Assembly: GCA_009926845.1 (NCBI GenBank)
Contig: RFOF01000001.1
Span: 1 to 61,567 of the forward strand
DNA: 61,567 nucleotides
Direction: 5' to 3'
Origin: Alphaproteobacteria bacterium
GTDB lineage: Bacteria > Pseudomonadota > Alphaproteobacteria > Rickettsiales > SXRF01
The notes below the pieces were generated by a model that ran no database searches, was not told the origin of the DNA, and worked only from the letters and a program-made list of their open reading frames with translations. The first letter of the stretch is position 1; each line of letters opens with the position of its first letter. The position numbers and the translations under genes are program-made. Positions 57,012 to 61,567 of this stretch are shown piece by piece.

Positions 57012-57187
57012 AATTACCCTATATACCTAAAAAATGAGGGTTAAAAACGTAAGAGAAAGGTATATCCTAGCGAAAGCCATTGTGCAATTGCCTAATTGTT
57101 GGTAGAAATATTTTCTCAATTTTCGCCATTTTTGGCGATTTTTGAAGTGAAAAACCCGTATTTTTAGCCCTTTTTTAGACCAGTTTC

Positions 57188-58996
57188 ATGACCAAAAAGC
57201 ACCCAACGCCCGAAGAAGAACAAGTCAACACCGCAACCGAATTTGCCGCCAACATGGCCAAAGTGGGCGAGCGCAGCCAGCGCATCATGCAGGAATTCCT
57301 CACGCGGCAAACGCAAAATATCGGCAACATCTCCATCGACCCGTTCAACGTCAGCGGCGCATTCATGGATTTGTTTGCCCGCCTTGCAGCCGACCCAGTG
57401 GGTCTCATGGAAAAACAGATGGAGCTGCTGCAAAGCTACATGCAACTTTGGCAGTCCACCGCGCAGCGTTTTATGGGGGGTGACGCTGAGCCAGTGGTCG
57501 CTTTGGATGCACGCGACAAGCGATTCCGCGATGTGGCATGGCAGGAAAATGCCGTGTTCGATTTCCTGCGCCAATCCTATTTGCTCACCGCCCGCTGGAT
57601 GCAACATTCGGTCAGTGACGTGGAAGGCATGGAACCCAAAGACGCGAAGAAAATTGATTTTTACACGCGCCAATTTGTCGATGCTATGAGCCCAAGCAAT
57701 TTTCTGATGACCAACCCCGAAGTGCTCAAAGCCACCATCGAAAGCAAAGGCGAAAATCTCGTGCGCGGCCTTGAAAATATGCTCGAAGACTTAGAGCGCG
57801 GCAAAGGTAGCCTGCGCATCAGCATGACCGATTTTAATGCCTTTGCACTGGGCAAAAACCTCGCGCTGACCAAAGGCAAAGTGGTCTATCAGAACGATCT
57901 CATCCAGCTCATTCAATATGAAGCGACGACCAAAGAAGTGCATAAAACGCCGCTGCTGGTCATTCCCGCGTGGATCAACAAATTCTACATCCTCGATCTG
58001 CAACAGGAGAACTCGCTGGTCAAATGGCTGGTGGATCAAGGCCACACGGTTTTTGTCGTGTCATGGGTCAATCCCGATGAGCATTTGAGCGAAAAAAGTT
58101 TCGACCATTACATGGCCGAAGGCCCACTGGCCGCGCTTGACGCCATCACCGAAATCACCGGCGAAGAAAGCGCCAGCGTTATGGCCTATTGCTTAGGGGG
58201 AACGCTGCTTTCCATCACGCTGGCATGGCTTGAGGCCAAGGGTCACGCGGGGCGCGTCAAATCCGCCACATACCTCACCACCATGGTGGATTTTTCTGAA
58301 GCGGGCGAGCTGTCGGTGTTCATCGACGAAGAGCAAATCAAGATGATGGAACAGCGCATGTCCGAGACCGGTTATCTCGAAGGCAGCGAAATGGCGACGA
58401 CGTTCAACATGCTGCGTGCGAATGACCTCATCTGGTCATTTGTGGTGAACAACTATCTGCTCGGCAAAGACCCCTTCCCGTTCGATCTGCTCTATTGGAA
58501 CGCCGATTCCACGCGCATGCCCGCCAAGATGCACAGTTTTTACCTGCGCAATATGTATCAGCAGAATTTGTTGGTGAGTCCCGGCGCGCTCAAAATTGGC
58601 GGAGTGCCGATTGACCTGCGCACAATCAAAACACCGAGCTATGTTCTCTCCGCGCGCGAGGACCATATCGCGCCATGGAAATCAACCTATGCCGCCACGC
58701 AAATCTACAGCGGTGACATCCGCTTTGTACTCGCGGCATCAGGGCATATCGCAGGCGTCATCAACCCACCATCGAAAAATAAATATTGCCACTGGGTGAG
58801 CCACGACCACGACTTCCCCAAATCGCCCGACGCATGGGTGAAAGGCGCGACCGAACAAGCTGGCTCATGGTGGACAGATTGGGACAAGTGGCAGGCAAAA
58901 TTCGCTGGCAAAAAAGTCCCCGCCCGCAAATGTGGTGGTGGCAGCTTAAAGCCAATTGAAGACGCGCCAGGTTCTTACGTAAAGGTGATGGTGTAG
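57188..58996 (+). CDS. phaC: Class I poly(3-hydroxyalkanoate) synthase
   Basis: It has the PhaC N-terminal domain, a lipase-box-like MAYCLGG (catalytic Cys), and conserved LYWNADSTRMP. It is 602 aa long. Confidence 0.9.
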   Translation: MTKKHPTPEEEQVNTATEFAANMAKVGERSQRIMQEFLTRQTQNIGNISIDPFNVSGAFMDLFARLAADPVGLMEKQMELLQSYMQLWQSTAQRFMGGDAEPVVALDARDKRFRDVAWQENAVFDFLRQSYLLTARWMQHSVSDVEGMEPKDAKKIDFYTRQFVDAMSPSNFLMTNPEVLKATIESKGENLVRGLENMLEDLERGKGSLRISMTDFNAFALGKNLALTKGKVVYQNDLIQLIQYEATTKEVHKTPLLVIPAWINKFYILDLQQENSLVKWLVDQGHTVFVVSWVNPDEHLSEKSFDHYMAEGPLAALDAITEITGEESASVMAYCLGGTLLSITLAWLEAKGHAGRVKSATYLTTMVDFSEAGELSVFIDEEQIKMMEQRMSETGYLEGSEMATTFNMLRANDLIWSFVVNNYLLGKDPFPFDLLYWNADSTRMPAKMHSFYLRNMYQQNLLVSPGALKIGGVPIDLRTIKTPSYVLSAREDHIAPWKSTYAATQIYSGDIRFVLAASGHIAGVINPPSKNKYCHWVSHDHDFPKSPDAWVKGATEQAGSWWTDWDKWQAKFAGKKVPARKCGGGSLKPIEDAPGSYVKVMV

Positions 58997-59087
58997 ATAG
59001 TCAACAGTTGCCAGTCTCCAGTCGTCAGTATTAGATAAGTGAATAACCCTATGTGTAGATTTTTGTTTTTCTGGAGACTGGAGACTA

Positions 59088-60182
59088 ATGACTAACCACT
59101 CTAAAATCCACATCATCGGCCTGACGCGCGAAGAGCTGACTGTCGAATTACAAAAAGTTGGCCTTGAGGCATTTCGCACCAAGCAGGTGTGGCAGTGGAT
59201 GTATGGGCGCGGGGCAACGCGCTTTGACCAGATGAGTTCTATCGCCAAAAAACAACAGCAGATGCTCGATGAACATTTTATCATCGACCGCCCAAAAATC
59301 GATAAAGACCTTTTGTCATTTGACGGTACGCGCAAATGGCTGCTGGAATTTGAAGACAAAAACAAAGTCGAAACCGTATTCATCCCCGAGGAAGACCGTG
59401 GCGCGCTCTGCGTCTCCTCGCAGGTGGGCTGCACGCTGACCTGCACCTTCTGCCACACGGGAACGCAGCCACTCGTGCGCAACCTCCGCGCTCGCGATAT
59501 CATCGGCCAAGTCATGGTGGCGCGCGATGGGCTGAATGAGTGGAACAAAAAGCGCGAAGATTGCCTGTTCACCAACATCGTGATGATGGGCATGGGCGAG
59601 CCGCTGATGAATTATGACAATGTCGCCAAGGCGCTGAATATCATCATGGACGGCGAAGGCATCTCCATTTCCAAACGCAAAATCACGCTGTCCACCTCAG
59701 GCGTCGTGCCGCTCATTGAGCGCTGCGGCAACGAGCTTGGGGTGAATTTGGCAGTATCATTGCACGCAACAAATGACGCGCTGCGCGATGAAATCGTGCC
59801 CATCAACAAAAAATACCCCATCAAAGAATTGCTACAGGCCTGCCGCGACTATCCGGCGGCCAACAACGCGCGGCGCATCACGTTCGAATATGTGATGCTA
59901 AAGGGCGTCAATGATTCGGATGCTGACGCGCGTGAGCTAGTGCGCCTTCTCAAAGGCATCCACGCCAAGGTGAACCTCATTCCATTTAACCCGTGGAAGG
60001 GCGCGCCCTATGAATGCTCCAGCCGTAACCGCATCAACGCCTTTGCCGACATCGTAAACGCTGCGGGCTATTCCGCCCCCGTTCGCGCTACCCGCGGACA
60101 GGATATTTACGCCGCCTGCGGCCAGCTCAAATCCGACAGCGAGCGCGCCAAAGGCCAACGCGTTGACTTAAAAGCGCAATGA
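59088..60182 (+). CDS. rlmN: 23S rRNA (adenine2503-C2)-methyltransferase / tRNA m2A37 methyltransferase, radical SAM
   Basis: It has [11 protein letters not shown], the radical-SAM motif [11 protein letters not shown], and GMGEPLMNY. The C-terminal CGQL carries the second catalytic Cys. Confidence 0.95.
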   Translation: MTNHSKIHIIGLTREELTVELQKVGLEAFRTKQVWQWMYGRGATRFDQMSSIAKKQQQMLDEHFIIDRPKIDKDLLSFDGTRKWLLEFEDKNKVETVFIPEEDRGALCVSSQVGCTLTCTFCHTGTQPLVRNLRARDIIGQVMVARDGLNEWNKKREDCLFTNIVMMGMGEPLMNYDNVAKALNIIMDGEGISISKRKITLSTSGVVPLIERCGNELGVNLAVSLHATNDALRDEIVPINKKYPIKELLQACRDYPAANNARRITFEYVMLKGVNDSDADARELVRLLKGIHAKVNLIPFNPWKGAPYECSSRNRINAFADIVNAAGYSAPVRATRGQDIYAACGQLKSDSERAKGQRVDLKAQ

Positions 60183-60898
60183 CGCCCGTCGTCATTCTCG
60201 TTAATCCCCAGATGGGTGAAAATATTGGCGCAGTGGCACGCGCTATGGCCAATTTTGGCCTGACGGAACTGCGTCTCGTTGCCCCACGCGATGGCTGGCC
60301 AAACCCAAATGCCAATAATGTCGCGGCGCACGCCGTATCTATTTTAGAGGCCGCAAAAATCTATCCGGATTTCCGCTCTGCGCTCGAGGGAATTCACTGT
60401 GCCTATGCCACCACTGGTCGCCCGCGCGACATGGAAAAACGCGTGATAACGCCCGCCGAAGCAATGGATGAAGTCGTAAAAAATGATGCCTCAGGCGCAG
60501 CCTGCGCGCTAGTGTTTGGCCCAGAGCGCACCGGCATGACCAATGAAGATATTGTTTTGTGTGACACCATCGTCAATATCCCCACCGCGCCGGAATATCG
60601 CTCGCTCAACATCGCGCAATCATCGGTGGTCATGTTCTATGAATGGTTCAAGGCAGCGACGGAAAATGTTGATGTCGCCCGCGACCTGCCATCCCCTGCC
60701 CCCAAACAAGAATGGCTTGGGCTGTTCGACCAGTTGGAATCCTATCTTGATGGGGCGGAGTTTTTCCGCGTCGCCGATAAAAAACCGGTCATGTGGCAAA
60801 ATATTCAGAATTTCCTGCTGCGCGGGAAATGGAGCGACCAGGAAATCCGTACGCTGCGTGGCGTTCTGCGCAGCATCTGGGAGCGCAGGCGTGGATAA
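60179..60898 (+). CDS. SpoU/TrmH-family RNA 2'-O-methyltransferase (TrmJ-like)
   Basis: It has [33 protein letters not shown] and [14 protein letters not shown] (SPOUT knot motifs). It overlaps the rlmN stop by 4 nt. Confidence 0.8.
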   Translation: MTPVVILVNPQMGENIGAVARAMANFGLTELRLVAPRDGWPNPNANNVAAHAVSILEAAKIYPDFRSALEGIHCAYATTGRPRDMEKRVITPAEAMDEVVKNDASGAACALVFGPERTGMTNEDIVLCDTIVNIPTAPEYRSLNIAQSSVVMFYEWFKAATENVDVARDLPSPAPKQEWLGLFDQLESYLDGAEFFRVADKKPVMWQNIQNFLLRGKWSDQEIRTLRGVLRSIWERRRG

Positions 60899-60906
60899 AA
60901 AACACT

Positions 60907-60975
60907 TGTCATTCCTGCGAAAGCAGGAATCTAATCAACAGGCGAAATAAGATCCCTGCTTCCGCAGGGATGACA
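60907..60975. repeat. Compound palindromic (REP/MITE-like) element with two perfect 8-bp hairpins
   Basis: The hairpins are ATTCCTGC-GAAA-GCAGGAAT (60911-60930) and ATCCCTGC-TTCC-GCAGGGAT (60952-60971). The outer arms TGTCATTCCTGC / GCAGGGATGACA are themselves inverted. It lies between trmJ-like and the MFS gene. Confidence 0.55.
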
Positions 60976-60995
60976 AAACGGGGGGAGTCCAAAAA

Positions 60996-61567
60996 ATGAA
61001 AAAAGTCGTGATCGCAGGAATGATAGGCAACGGCCTCGAGTGGTATGACTACGCGCTCTACGCCTATATGACGCTCATCATCAGCAAGCTCTTTTTCCCC
61101 GTGGGCAATGACGCGGCGCACTTGCTGGCCACGCTCGGTATTTTTGCCGTCGGTTTTGTCGCGCGACCCTTTGGCGCGGTGATGTTTGGCATTATTGGCG
61201 ACAAGCTCGGGCGGCGCACCGCGCTGATGTTGTCTATTTTCATGATGGCCATCCCCACCGGCTGCATCGGCCTGCTGCCCACCTATGAAATGATCGGCAT
61301 CTGGGCACCTATTTTGCTCACTTTTTGCCGCGTGTTGCAGGGGCTTTCGCTCGGCGGCGCGTTCTCCGGCTGCATCACTTTTTTGGTGGAGCACGCCCCG
61401 GCCACAAAGCGCGGGCTGATTGGCTCAACATCTGTTGCCAGCCTCGTCATCGGTTTTTTGCTGGGCTCCATCGTGGCCAGCCTCGTCAAATTGCCGCTGA
61501 CTGACCTGCAATATGAAAGCTGGGGTTGGCGCATTCCTTTCTTAATTGGCATTCCGATTGCGTTTAT
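60996..61567 (+). CDS. MFS transporter (metabolite:H+ symporter, ProP/KgtP-like), 3'-partial at the window edge
   Basis: The ATG at 60996 gives MKKVVIAGMIGNGLEWYDYALYAY...ARPFGAVMFGIIGDKLGRR (MFS motif A). The reading frame stays open to the window end. Confidence 0.8.
   Translation, partial: MKKVVIAGMIGNGLEWYDYALYAYMTLIISKLFFPVGNDAAHLLATLGIFAVGFVARPFGAVMFGIIGDKLGRRTALMLSIFMMAIPTGCIGLLPTYEMIGIWAPILLTFCRVLQGLSLGGAFSGCITFLVEHAPATKRGLIGSTSVASLVIGFLLGSIVASLVKLPLTDLQYESWGWRIPFLIGIPIAF

Overview
The window looks like a chromosomal segment from an alphaproteobacterium, judged from gene content and hom-glpX synteny. That taxonomic call was not checked against any database.

Layout, left to right:
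- **1-4.4 kb:** an eroded defence or mobile islet. It holds an intact AbiEi/AbiEii pair, an AlkB dioxygenase coupled to a DUF2431-like ORF, and remnants of an AAA/OLD-type ATPase and a PIF1-type helicase.
- **4.4-10.1 kb:** an M16 peptidase, an orphan 302-aa protein, and a Tad pilus accessory module (TPR lipoprotein, TadG-vWA, two TadE/F-like pseudopilins).
- **10.3-10.7 kb:** a convergent tRNA-Thr(GGU) and initiator tRNA-fMet pair.
- **11-16.3 kb:** a dense cluster of small envelope and stress proteins. It includes an EF-hand protein, DUF883/ElaB, DUF3309, CsbD, several lipoproteins, a collagen-like lipoprotein and LpxR. Two two-component-system remnants are interleaved with them.
- **16.5-21.4 kb:** an AT-rich orphan gene, a TPCP-motif P1B ATPase, and glycine-zipper proteins.
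- **About 21.5-46.7 kb:** a visibly AT-rich polysaccharide (O-antigen/LPS-type) island.
- **47-61.6 kb:** housekeeping genes (fumC, a GGDEF protein, ubiD, hom, an aminotransferase, phaC, rlmN, a trmJ-like gene, an MFS transporter). These are interrupted by an AT-rich replacement that left gshB and glpX as fragments.

Most notable points:
1. The island has unusual enzymology:
   - a class-II glutaminase fused to a WbuX/WbpG-type N-acetyl-sugar amidotransferase;
   - a WbpB-WbpD fusion with an A9 tract at the junction;
   - an E1 alpha/beta TPP enzyme pair plus an aldo-keto reductase inside the glycan operon, with E1 alpha visibly broken;
   - a GtrB-like GT2 with a GT-C membrane protein and an unknown lipoprotein.
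2. An approximately 0.8 kb GC-rich mosaic patch crosses the wbpA/wbpE boundary.
3. About ten gene remnants or frameshifts across the window indicate ongoing gene decay.

No CRISPR array, rRNA, transposase or integrase was seen. Every homology call rests on recognising motifs by eye and needs database confirmation.
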